From contig CABUXM010000002.1 of the NCBI GenBank assembly GCA_902495545.1, positions 1,674 through 65,673 of the forward strand: a DNA stretch of 64,000 bases, given 5' to 3'. The position numbers and the translations under genes were made by a program. A model generated the notes under the pieces. That model had not been told where the DNA came from. It was given only the letters and a program-made list of their open reading frames with translations, and did no database searches. Origin of the DNA: an uncultured Collinsella sp. Lineage in GTDB: Bacteria > Actinomycetota > Coriobacteriia > Coriobacteriales > Coriobacteriaceae. Each line of letters starts with the position of its first letter. Within the stretch, counting starts at the first letter, position 1. Shown here one piece after another: positions 20,037 through 29,112 of the stretch.

Positions 20037-21062
20037 ATGAAAAGCGCGGTCTTCTATGGAAAGCACGACCTCAGAGTCGAGGAATCGGCAAAGCCGGCCG
20101 TGGGCAGGCGCGACGTTCTGATCAACGTCAAAGCTTGCGGCGTCTGCGGTACCGACGTTCATATCTATGAAGGCGACAAGGGTGCAGCCGACGTTACCCC
20201 GCCCACGATCCTTGGTCATGAGTTTGCGGGCGTTGTCGAGGCCGTGGGCAGCGACGTCGCTGGCTTTAAACCGGGCGATCGCGTGTGCATCGACCCAAAC
20301 CATCCCTGCGGCTGCTGCGAACCCTGCCGCGACGGAATCAACCACTACTGCGAGCATATGACCGGTTACGGCACCACCGTTAACGGCGGCTTTGCCGAGT
20401 ACTGCTCCGTCGATATGCAGCAAGTCTACAAGTTGGGCGATCACACCAGCTTCGAGCAGGGCGCTATGACCGAGCCCGTCGCCTGCTGCCTGCACGGCAT
20501 CGATATGTGCAACATCAAGCCCGGCAGCACAGTTGTCGTTATCGGCGGTGGCATGATCGGCCTGCTCATGATGCAGCTTGCTAAAAACGCCGGCGCCACC
20601 AAGGTTGTCTTGCTCGAGCCCGTCGAGGGCAAGCGCGAGGTTGCGCTCAAACTCGGCGCCGACCTGGCAATTGATTCCATCCACGAGGACGTCCCGGCCC
20701 GCCTGAAGCAGGAGGGCGTCGGCAACGTCGACGTCGTTATCGAGTGTGTTGGCAAGCCCGTCACCATCGAGCAGGCCATTAGAATCGCCGGCCATAAGGC
20801 CACGGTTATGATGTTCGGACTTACCAAGCCCGATGAGACGATCACCGTCAAGCCCTTCGAGGTCTTCCAGAAGGAGCTTGTGCTCACCTCGTCCTACATC
20901 AACCCTTACACACAGCGTCGCGCGCTCGAACTCATCGACTCCGGCAGGCTCGACGTATCCTCGATGGTCGCAAAGGTAGCCTCCCTCGACGAACTCGGCG
21001 CTATCCTGTCAGACCCGGCCCTGCGTGCCATGGGCAAATATATAATCGACCCCAGCAAGTAA
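20037..21062 (+). CDS. zinc-dependent medium-chain dehydrogenase (sorbitol/threonine dehydrogenase-like)
   Basis: 341 aa. Motifs are CGVCGTDVH, GHEFAG, the structural-Zn motif C..CC..C, and the GGGMIG Rossmann motif. An AAGGAG RBS is present. Confidence 0.85.
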   Translation: MKSAVFYGKHDLRVEESAKPAVGRRDVLINVKACGVCGTDVHIYEGDKGAADVTPPTILGHEFAGVVEAVGSDVAGFKPGDRVCIDPNHPCGCCEPCRDGINHYCEHMTGYGTTVNGGFAEYCSVDMQQVYKLGDHTSFEQGAMTEPVACCLHGIDMCNIKPGSTVVVIGGGMIGLLMMQLAKNAGATKVVLLEPVEGKREVALKLGADLAIDSIHEDVPARLKQEGVGNVDVVIECVGKPVTIEQAIRIAGHKATVMMFGLTKPDETITVKPFEVFQKELVLTSSYINPYTQRRALELIDSGRLDVSSMVAKVASLDELGAILSDPALRAMGKYIIDPSK

Positions 21063-21127
21063 ATCGATTGACACCTGCGCGGGCGGCCCTCATCCGTCGT
21101 TCACGCGCGCAGCTCTAGGAGACCGTC

Positions 21128-21883
21128 ATGGCGCGAGCCATCTTCCAAACTATTTATGACAACGTGAAGCAGTCGATTGACGACGGCACATACGCCTATC
21201 AGAGTTATCTGCCTTCGGAGACTGAGCTCACGCAGCTGTTTGACTGTTCGCGCATGACGGTCCGTCGCGCCATCTCGATGCTTGCGGCAGATGGTTACGT
21301 GCTCCCCCAGCAAGGCAAAGGCATGCGCGTCATTCGCAACATCAGTGACGAGAAGAGTCGTGGCGGCGGCGGACTCGAGACCTTTAAGGAAATCGCGACC
21401 AGCCGGGGCTTTGAGCTCAAGACTGTCACCACCGTCTTTGAGCTCCTCGTCTGTAGCAAGGCACTCTCCAGGATTACCGGGTTTCCCGAAGGCTGCGAGC
21501 TTACGCGCGCCAAACGCATCCGTTATGCAGACGGACATGCCGTGTGCTCCGACGACTCCTATTACCTAAGCTCACAGGTACCGGGGCTGACACCCGAGAT
21601 TGTCAACGACTCGATCTATCGTTACCTCGAAGAAGACCTTGGCATTAAGATTGCCACGGGCAAACGCGATGTAACGATCGAGCATCCCACGCCCGAGGAT
21701 ACGCGCGTGCTCGATCTCGACGACTTTAACGCACTCGCCGTTATACGCGGGCAGACCTACAACGCCGACGGCATCCTTATGGAATACACCGAGACCAAAC
21801 AGGTCCCCGGGTTCTTTTTGCTCCATGAAACCGTGACGCGCAACGGTACCGGTCGAACCGGCCACCAAAGCAGCATGAACTAA
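21128..21883 (+). CDS. GntR-family (HutC subfamily, UTRA domain) transcriptional regulator
   Basis: 251 aa. The N-terminal YLPSETELTQLFDCSRMTVRRAISMLAADGYV is the GntR wHTH. Length is consistent with HutC/UTRA. Confidence 0.85.
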   Translation: MARAIFQTIYDNVKQSIDDGTYAYQSYLPSETELTQLFDCSRMTVRRAISMLAADGYVLPQQGKGMRVIRNISDEKSRGGGGLETFKEIATSRGFELKTVTTVFELLVCSKALSRITGFPEGCELTRAKRIRYADGHAVCSDDSYYLSSQVPGLTPEIVNDSIYRYLEEDLGIKIATGKRDVTIEHPTPEDTRVLDLDDFNALAVIRGQTYNADGILMEYTETKQVPGFFLLHETVTRNGTGRTGHQSSMN

Positions 21884-21892
21884 CCATCTATT

Positions 21893-21965
21893 AGTTGCGG
21901 TGGGATAGTTCCTAGAATGGCCAGCTTAAGGGCAAAACAGGAACTATTCCACCGCAACTTTTTTG
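21893..21965 (+). terminator. rho-independent terminator
   Basis: A near-perfect 21-bp stem (20 of 21 positions pair, one G/A mismatch), AGTTGCGGTGGGATAGTTCCT ... AGGAACTATTCCACCGCAACT, is followed by TTTTTT. It lies 10 nt after the GntR stop codon. Confidence 0.8.
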
Positions 21966-22014
21966 GCCGGCGGGGCAGTACCTGTCCCACCGGCCATCAT
22001 TTACGCTCTTTTAG

Positions 22015-23268
22015 CTAGTCCGCGAGCTTCTCCACCTGATCGAGCATCTTGTCGAGCTTGGCCTTTGCTTCGGCCTTGACCTTCTCAGCTTCTTCGTGAG
22101 CCTTCGCCTTCTGGGCGGCCTTTTCCTCGGCTTCGGGATCGACGACGACCAGATTGGACGCGTCGTGCTCAACAAGCTTGAGCGCATGCTCGGGACAAAC
22201 CTTGACACAGGCACCGCAACCCAAACAATACGTGGATTCCAGTGCAAAGCGACCGCTTCCCACCAGATCGCAGGCGAACGTGGGGCATACATTGACGCAC
22301 TCGCCGCACGACGTGCACTTGTCAAAATCGCACTCCGGCGTGCTCACCTGCATGTTCTGGGCAAGCTCGGGGTGGTTTTGCAATGTCGAGAGCACCAGCT
22401 GCCGCCCATGCGTGAGCGAACGGCGGCGCTTGGTCGTCGTGGTACCGCACATGGTGTTGAGCGTGCGCTCAAGCTGCGTGATCTGGTGACGGTGGGCCTT
22501 CAACTTCTGCGTCACCGAGGCCAGTGCCGCAGTCGCCGGATTGAGCTTGGTCACCGTCAGGCCCGTGGTGCGGGCGATCTTTTCCATGTACTCCTTGCGC
22601 TCGTACTCGCGGCGCTTATGGCATTTGAGGCTCTTGGGGTCGACCTCCAGGCCCATACCCGTGCCGGACCACTCCTCGGCCTTCGCAATCGCCTCGCCCA
22701 GAATGTCCTCACCGCCGGTGTTGCGGCATTTATCGCACACACCCAACGGCAGGTACACACTCACGTTGGGATAGTCGGCCAGTACCGAGAACCAGGTCTC
22801 TGCCGTAATATCGCCCACGCAGGCAACGACGACCTCGTTTTCACGCGGCATGCGTTTGAGGGCACGCGTGCAGGTGACGTAGGCGGTCTCGTGGCTCGTA
22901 GCAGCAGAGACGATATCGTCATACAGGTTTTTAGGCGCCAGGCGCGGCGAGATGATCGCCTCGGTCGGGCAGGCAGCGGCGCACAGACCGCACTTGCGGC
23001 AGGAGTCGAGGATCTCGATGGCGTCTTCCTCGACCTCAATAGCGTTGACCGGGCACACGTCCATGCACGCGGTGCAGCCGCTCTTTTCGTTTTTGCAGGT
23101 CAGGCACGGAATGGTGTTGCCGCGCGGACGCTCCTTGTAGTCGGCAGGATTCCACTGCGGCGCCGACGGATCGAGTGCATCGGTCACGCCGCCAAGCGGG
23201 TTTTTAAGAAAGTCGAAACCCTTGCTGATCTCGATAATGTCATCAAACAGATCGTGTTCCTGCGCCAT
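22015..23268 (-). CDS. 4Fe-4S dicluster (poly-ferredoxin) domain protein with a Lys/Ala/Glu-rich tail
   Basis: There are multiple CxxCxxCxxxCP motifs: CTACMDVCP, CRKCGLCAAACP, CTSCGECVNVCP and CLGCGACVKVCP. The start was set to ATG 23268, which follows a GGGAGGGG RBS. Confidence 0.8.
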   Translation of the reverse strand: MAQEHDLFDDIIEISKGFDFLKNPLGGVTDALDPSAPQWNPADYKERPRGNTIPCLTCKNEKSGCTACMDVCPVNAIEVEEDAIEILDSCRKCGLCAAACPTEAIISPRLAPKNLYDDIVSAATSHETAYVTCTRALKRMPRENEVVVACVGDITAETWFSVLADYPNVSVYLPLGVCDKCRNTGGEDILGEAIAKAEEWSGTGMGLEVDPKSLKCHKRREYERKEYMEKIARTTGLTVTKLNPATAALASVTQKLKAHRHQITQLERTLNTMCGTTTTKRRRSLTHGRQLVLSTLQNHPELAQNMQVSTPECDFDKCTSCGECVNVCPTFACDLVGSGRFALESTYCLGCGACVKVCPEHALKLVEHDASNLVVVDPEAEEKAAQKAKAHEEAEKVKAEAKAKLDKMLDQVEKLAD

Positions 23269-23419
23269 GCGCGGCCCCTCCCTGAGCAGTGCAAACAAGC
23301 AAGAGATAATGATACGCTATTGGCCCACGCCTCGGGCAAATTACACGCGGAGCATCTTTGCGGCAAATAGCCCATGGCCTATCGCCGCCTCGATTGCACA
23401 AGGTCGATCAAGCGCCAAG

Positions 23420-23926
23420 CTATGCCTCGCGCATGAGCTGCACGAGCTTTTGTTTGGTCACCTTGGCCTGCTCGTTGGCCATATTACGCTCGTTTCTAAA
23501 GACCGCATTTGCAACACCCTGCAGGTCGCCATCGGAAATCTCGCTGCACGGACCGTCCATCGAAGCCGCCGTGGGGCATACGCACAACGGCAACTCGGCA
23601 TAAAACGCAACGGCCTTGGCGATATCGAGCATCTTGCCGCCGCCAATACCCACCACCATGTCGCAATACTCAGCCTGGGCTTCCTTAGCCATTTCGACAA
23701 CGGCCTCTTCCGTACACGGACCGTTGTAAATCTTAAAGAACGGCTCGCTTAGATCTTCGTCCAGAAATCCATCGACGATCTGCCTGCACAGCCGATCCTC
23801 GGTGCCCTGGTCAAACAAGACATAGCCAGCGCAGCCCAACCATGACAAATACCTGCCCTGACGCGAAAGCTCGCCCGGCCCCTGAACATACCGGCCGGGA
23901 CCGCCATAAACCATGGGAAGCGCCAT
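23420..23926 (-). CDS. truncated glycerol-dehydrogenase-like protein (N-terminal NAD-binding half only; possible pseudogene)
   Basis: MALPMVYGGPGRYVQGPGEL...GIGGGKMLDIAKAVA...CPTAASMDGPCS parallels the first ~130 aa of the adjacent gldA. It then diverges and stops at about 168 aa. Confidence 0.55.
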   Translation of the reverse strand: MALPMVYGGPGRYVQGPGELSRQGRYLSWLGCAGYVLFDQGTEDRLCRQIVDGFLDEDLSEPFFKIYNGPCTEEAVVEMAKEAQAEYCDMVVGIGGGKMLDIAKAVAFYAELPLCVCPTAASMDGPCSEISDGDLQGVANAVFRNERNMANEQAKVTKQKLVQLMREA

Positions 23927-24039
23927 GCGAGAATCCGCCCTTTCATCAAACAACGATTGGTGCAAACTAACCTGACCCCTTTGCACCATAGCAAAAAGGG
24001 GCAAAGCCATCTGCTGGCTTTGCCCCTTCCTTAGCTTGA

Positions 24040-25140
24040 TTACTCATCCATGAGATAGTAGTGGCCCAGTGCGTCGGCACCCAGGATGGCGTTTGCGACC
24101 ATCTCGGGCGTCACCTCAAACGGCATGTTGCACATGGTGTCCTCGGGCGCGCACGCGGCCTCGGCAACAATCATGGCCTTCTCGCGCGTAACCTCGGCAA
24201 CGCCAAGTTCCTTCATCGTGACCGGCAGGCCCAGCTCAATGCAGAAGCCCAAGACTTCCTCGAGCTTCTCGGTCGGGGCATCCTCGAGTACCAGCTGGAC
24301 GATGGTGCCGAAGGCGACCTTCTCGCCGTGATACATGCTGTGGCACTCGGGCAGCATCGTCAGACCATTGTGGATGGCATGAGCAGCAGCAAGGCCCGAG
24401 CTCTCAAAGCCAATGCCGGAGAGCAGCGTGTTTGCCTCGATGATGTGCTCGACGGCAGGCGTGAGCGCGCCCTTCTCCAGCGCGACCTTGGCCTTGACGC
24501 CATCGGCCATAAGCGTCTCGTAGCAGAGCTTGGCGAGCGCCAGGCCGGCCATTCCGCCCTTACCGCCGGCGCAGGTGCCGCCGTCGGCATCGTGCGTCGC
24601 TTGGGCCTCAAAGTAGGTTGCGAGCGCATCGCCCATACCGGAAACCGTCAGGCGCACCGGGCTCGCCGCGATAACCGTCGTATCCATAAGGACGATATTG
24701 GGGTTTGCCTTAAGGAAGAGGTACTTGTCGAACTGGCCGTCGTCGGTGTAGAGCACCGAAAGTGCCGAGCACGGTGCATCGGTCGAAGCGATGGTGGGGC
24801 AAATGATAACCGGAGACTCCAGGTAATAGGCGACGGCCTTCGCGGTGTCGAGGATCTTGCCGCCACCGACGCCGACGATGATGTCGCAACCGTTGTCGCG
24901 CGCGAGCGCAACCAGACGATCGACCTCGCCCTTGGAGCACTCGCCGTTAAAGTCCTCAAACAGCAGCTCGGCCTTAGCCTCGGCAAAGCCGCCCTCGATC
25001 TTGGCACCGACGCGCTTCTTGCCCGAAGGCGTCACGATGACGAGGGCCTTAGCGCCGAGCGGCTCGACATAGGAGCCGAGCTTGGCGAGCTCGTCCGGAC
25101 CCTGGATGTACTTGCTGGGGCTATTGAAAATTGCAGCCAT
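24040..25140 (-). CDS. gldA: glycerol dehydrogenase
   Basis: 366 aa. Motifs are GVGGGKILDTAKAVA, CPTIASTDAPCS and ...AAHAIHNGLT...HGEKVAFG (metal ligands). Confidence 0.88.
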   Translation of the reverse strand: MAAIFNSPSKYIQGPDELAKLGSYVEPLGAKALVIVTPSGKKRVGAKIEGGFAEAKAELLFEDFNGECSKGEVDRLVALARDNGCDIIVGVGGGKILDTAKAVAYYLESPVIICPTIASTDAPCSALSVLYTDDGQFDKYLFLKANPNIVLMDTTVIAASPVRLTVSGMGDALATYFEAQATHDADGGTCAGGKGGMAGLALAKLCYETLMADGVKAKVALEKGALTPAVEHIIEANTLLSGIGFESSGLAAAHAIHNGLTMLPECHSMYHGEKVAFGTIVQLVLEDAPTEKLEEVLGFCIELGLPVTMKELGVAEVTREKAMIVAEAACAPEDTMCNMPFEVTPEMVANAILGADALGHYYLMDE

Positions 25141-25223
25141 AACTATCCCATTCTCTAAAAGAAAAAAGAAAGGGGCTCCGTACAGATACGTGCGGAGCCC
25201 CTCGTTACGATAACAAGAGTCGA

Positions 25224-26447
25224 TTAGAAATCGATGTCGGTGTCGTAGTAGCAGGCCTTGAGGATCTTCTCGAAGTCGGCAGCCTTGGTCTCACGCGGGT
25301 TCTCGGGCGTGCAGGCGTCCTGCTCGGCGTTCGCGGCGATCTCGGGCAGCTTGGCGAGGAACTCCTCCTCGGAGACCATCTGCGGGTTCTCGGCGTCGAC
25401 CTTCACGCCACCATTCGCGTAATCCTTGATGGACTGCGGAATGTTGAGCTGGTCGTTGAGGTCGCGAATCTTCTGGACGAGCGCAGCGATGAGCTCCTCG
25501 TTGGTCTCGCCGGGAAGGTGCAGGATCTCCTTGGCCACGTAAGCGTAACGCTCGGCAGCACGCGGGTCCTTGGAGTTCCACTGGATGACCTTGCCCAGGT
25601 ACATGGCGTTAGCAGCACCGTGGATGATGTGGCCGTTCTCAAAGGCAGCACCGGTCTTGTGAGCCATGGAGTGAACGATGCCGAGCAGGCCCGAGGAGAA
25701 GGCGATACCGGCGATGCACTGAGCCTCGTGCATGTGCTGACGGGCCTCATGGTCGCCAGCATAGGACTTGGGCAGCCACTCGACGATCTCGCGGATGCCG
25801 TGCAGAGCGTTGGCGTCGGTGAACATAGAGGCGCAGGTGGAAACGTAGGCCTCCATGCAGTGGGTCAGAGCATCCATGCCGGTGTGAGCGCACAGCTTGG
25901 CGGGCATGGTGTAGGTGAGCTCGGGGTCGACGATGGCGACATCAGGGGTGATGTTGAAGTCGGCCAGCGGGTACTTGATGCCCTTGGCGTAGTCGGTAAT
26001 GACGGAGAACGCGGTGACCTCGGTAGCGGTGCCGGAGGTAGAGGAGATGGCGCAGAAATGAGCCTTCTGACGCAGCTCGGGGAAGCTGAACGGCTGGATG
26101 ATGTTATCGAAGGACTCCTCGGGATACTCGTAGAAGACCCACATGGCCTTAGCGGCATCGATGGGCGAGCCGCCACCGATGGCGATAATCCAGTCGGGCT
26201 CGAACTCGCGCATGGCCTCGGCGCCCTTCATGACCGTCTCGATGGACGGGTCGGACTCGACGCCCTCGAACAGCTTGACCTCGAAACCGCCTTCCTTAAG
26301 GTCGTTCTCGACGTCCTGCAGGAACCCGCCGCGGCGCATAGAGCTGCCGCCAGAAACGATGATGGCCTTCTTACCCTTGAGGTTCTTCACCTCGTGGCGA
26401 GCGCCCTCACCAAAGTACAGATCGCGAGGATTGGTAAAACGTCCCAT
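25224..26447 (-). CDS. iron-containing alcohol dehydrogenase (1,3-propanediol dehydrogenase / lactaldehyde reductase-like)
   Basis: Motifs are MGRFTNPRDLYFGEGA..., GGGSPIDAAKAM and ...HSMAHKTGA...HG.ANA. The start was trimmed to ATG 26447, which follows a GGAGG RBS. Confidence 0.85.
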   Translation of the reverse strand: MGRFTNPRDLYFGEGARHEVKNLKGKKAIIVSGGSSMRRGGFLQDVENDLKEGGFEVKLFEGVESDPSIETVMKGAEAMREFEPDWIIAIGGGSPIDAAKAMWVFYEYPEESFDNIIQPFSFPELRQKAHFCAISSTSGTATEVTAFSVITDYAKGIKYPLADFNITPDVAIVDPELTYTMPAKLCAHTGMDALTHCMEAYVSTCASMFTDANALHGIREIVEWLPKSYAGDHEARQHMHEAQCIAGIAFSSGLLGIVHSMAHKTGAAFENGHIIHGAANAMYLGKVIQWNSKDPRAAERYAYVAKEILHLPGETNEELIAALVQKIRDLNDQLNIPQSIKDYANGGVKVDAENPQMVSEEEFLAKLPEIAANAEQDACTPENPRETKAADFEKILKACYYDTDIDF

Positions 26448-26947
26448 ACTGTGCCTCCTAAACAAGCCCCTCTTAGACTTGCGTATATAACGGAGCACCC
26501 AATTGGCTCCGTTAGGACCGGTTTGCGCGTTGCCGGCGATGACAATGCGCGATGTCTAAACGTCTCAACGCTCAGACAAACACTATTTTACCGTTCTGGT
26601 TGGTCAGTTATTCACCTAAAGCCAACAATGATGAAACGTTTTTTCTATCCCTGAAGACCCTTGTGCGGCATCCATACTCCCAAGCTGGGCAAACGTTTTA
26701 TCAAGGTTGACCACATATCCCGGGCAGGACTGTGCCCCTCCAAAATGCGCCCCGTTCGCCGCCAAAAATCGACCGTTTGCGGCACCGTGATACCACTCAG
26801 TCGTCCAAGGTGCCGACATTTGTGCGACATCCGTCTTCGTGGTGCAAAGGTGCACGTCCAAGTGCGGCACCCCCGGTGTGCCACATGCGGGTAAACTAGA
26901 GCCTTAAATAGAGAAATTTGAACCCTAACCGCAGCAAAGGAGGCCCC

Positions 26948-28024
26948 ATGGCATTCGATCCCATTCAAGAGGATTGCCATCGCCTCGTTCTTGAGGCCTT
27001 GCGCCGCGACAATATCCCGCTCACCGACGCTGCCGCCGTAGAGCGTCTGATGGAACAATTCACCCGCAACCCCGCACCACTCATCGTGCACGACCGTGAC
27101 CGCGCCGGGCACCTCATTGCCAAGGTGGTCGAAGCCGTCGACTACCGCATTCCCTTTATCCCTGACGATGCCCAGGCAGAGCAGGAAGAGGCAGCTGCCG
27201 AGAACATGCTCCGCGAGGCAGCCGCGCTCGACCCCACAAACTGGGATGCCCAGCGCATGCTGACGGCCCTCACCGCAGAATCCAACGAGGAATACGTACA
27301 GTACCTGGTGTCCAAGTGCGATGAAGTCGAGCATGACCTGGCGCTCAAGATCGCCTCGGCTCAGGACCCCTACGAGCGCGAGGCCGCAGGCGACCTTATG
27401 CGCCGCCCCTATCTGCGCTGGCTTGCCGCCTTGGCATCGCGCGCCCTCATTAGCGGCCGCTATCGCATGTCGCTCGAAGCCGCAAATCGCAGCTTGGACT
27501 TTGCGCCCAACGACCCCGCTGGTGTCCGCCGCACCGCGATGCTCGCCATGGCAAAGCTCGAATACCCCGCCGAGGAGCTCAAGCGCTTTCGCTCTGCCCA
27601 CTCCGTGCCGTACCTCGCGAATACCCCGCTGCGCCGCCGCCCCAAAGATGCGGAGCGCGACTTGGACCCGTGGACGCTCATCGCACTGATGAGCGCAGCC
27701 TGGCGCGAGCTGGACTACGAGGGCGCCGAGCACTACCTGCGTATCCTTGCACGCTCGTGTCCGCACGCGGCCGAGGCGCTCTACTTCCAAACCGAGTTTC
27801 CCGATGGCGTCTATGCCCGCGTCAACGTGGGTGCGGGCTCCACCGACGAGCTTGTCCTTGCGCTATCCGAGGCGACGCCGGTACTGCAGGAGGGCCTGGG
27901 CGCCCCCGACAACGCCAGCTTTGCCGCCTGGGTCGCCACCAACGATATCGTGCGTTCCCAAATCGATGAGCGCATACTGCGGGCGGCCGAGCAGGGTTTG
28001 CCGTTTAAGGGAGGAGACCTCTAA
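26948..28024 (+). CDS. hypothetical helical protein (paralog A of a tandem pair)
   Basis: ATG 26948 follows an AAAGGAGG RBS. 358 aa, no recognised family. The antisense 381-aa ORF here is a high-GC artefact. Confidence 0.6.
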   Translation: MAFDPIQEDCHRLVLEALRRDNIPLTDAAAVERLMEQFTRNPAPLIVHDRDRAGHLIAKVVEAVDYRIPFIPDDAQAEQEEAAAENMLREAAALDPTNWDAQRMLTALTAESNEEYVQYLVSKCDEVEHDLALKIASAQDPYEREAAGDLMRRPYLRWLAALASRALISGRYRMSLEAANRSLDFAPNDPAGVRRTAMLAMAKLEYPAEELKRFRSAHSVPYLANTPLRRRPKDAERDLDPWTLIALMSAAWRELDYEGAEHYLRILARSCPHAAEALYFQTEFPDGVYARVNVGAGSTDELVLALSEATPVLQEGLGAPDNASFAAWVATNDIVRSQIDERILRAAEQGLPFKGGDL

Positions 28025-29067
28025 TGGATCCGAGCGTCTACATCCCCGCCTACCTGGAGCGCGCCTACGTTGCGTCGCACCCCGAGCTCACCGATGCAGC
28101 ACGCGAGCTTGTCCATAACGACATTAGCGCGAATCCCCAAAAGTACGCGAAGTCCGAGCATGCCCAGGCGCTGCTGTCCTATGCCGGTGTTCATCGCCAC
28201 CTGCTCGACGAGCTCCATCGCATCGAGGACATGGGCAGCGACGAGGAATTCGAGCAGACGCGCAATCGTCTGTTCGACGACATGCGCGATGAGCTGCTCA
28301 AGATTGTCCGCGTCGATGCGTATGTCCTCGATGCCCAGCTGCTCGCCATCATCCTGGCTGACACGCCCGTTGACGCCTGCCTGGGCGACCTGATGAAGCT
28401 CGAGGCGACCACAACCGATTACCTGCAGCAAAGCGTGCCCGGGTTCGACATGGAAGCCCCGCACTACTGGGCCAATAAGGTTTTGACGGACGGTGTGACG
28501 GCGGCAGAGCTCACCGTGAGCGAGCCGGCTCTTATCGGGTGGCTTCACACACTCGAGGCCATCTCGCAGCTGTGCATGGCGAGCGCTCGCTACCGTGCTG
28601 CCGCCAACTACGCCCGCCGTGTTCTTAAGGCGGAAGGCTACCCCACCCGAGCCGCAGGCACCGTGTTGCTCGCCCTCGCTCGCCTGGAAGACCAGGACGG
28701 CTTTTTTGCCCTGGCCCACCAGCTCGAGGAAGAGATCGGGGCTGACGCGCTCGAGAACTCTCCTTGGTATCTGCTCGCCCGCACGATTCTGCTGTTCAAA
28801 ACAAATAAGATGCGCCCGGCGACGCGCGCGCTGCGTGAGTTCTCTAACCGTTGCGAGGGCGGCGCGTTCTTCTTGCTGAACCCCATGTACCAGACGCCGT
28901 ATCTTCCCTGCCGACCCGAGCCGCGCGACCCCTGGGACCTCTCGCACCAGGCGGTTTGGGAAGCCGACGGCATCATCTCGGACACCCCCGACTTTGCCCC
29001 CTGGGCCAACGCCTGCGAAGATGTGTCGCAGCTTGCCCAGGAATTTGCGCGCCGCTACGGCTTTTAG
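28024..29067 (+). CDS. hypothetical helical protein (paralog B of a tandem pair)
   Basis: Its start overlaps the upstream stop (TAATG). It aligns by eye with paralog A in three blocks: D..DAQ..L, WL...RYR...A.R.L...LA.A.LE, and PW.L.A. Confidence 0.6.
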   Translation: MDPSVYIPAYLERAYVASHPELTDAARELVHNDISANPQKYAKSEHAQALLSYAGVHRHLLDELHRIEDMGSDEEFEQTRNRLFDDMRDELLKIVRVDAYVLDAQLLAIILADTPVDACLGDLMKLEATTTDYLQQSVPGFDMEAPHYWANKVLTDGVTAAELTVSEPALIGWLHTLEAISQLCMASARYRAAANYARRVLKAEGYPTRAAGTVLLALARLEDQDGFFALAHQLEEEIGADALENSPWYLLARTILLFKTNKMRPATRALREFSNRCEGGAFFLLNPMYQTPYLPCRPEPRDPWDLSHQAVWEADGIISDTPDFAPWANACEDVSQLAQEFARRYGF

Positions 29068-29112
29068 CGACGCGATCGCCCCGACCATGTCATCTATGTT
29101 AGGAACGGCTTC

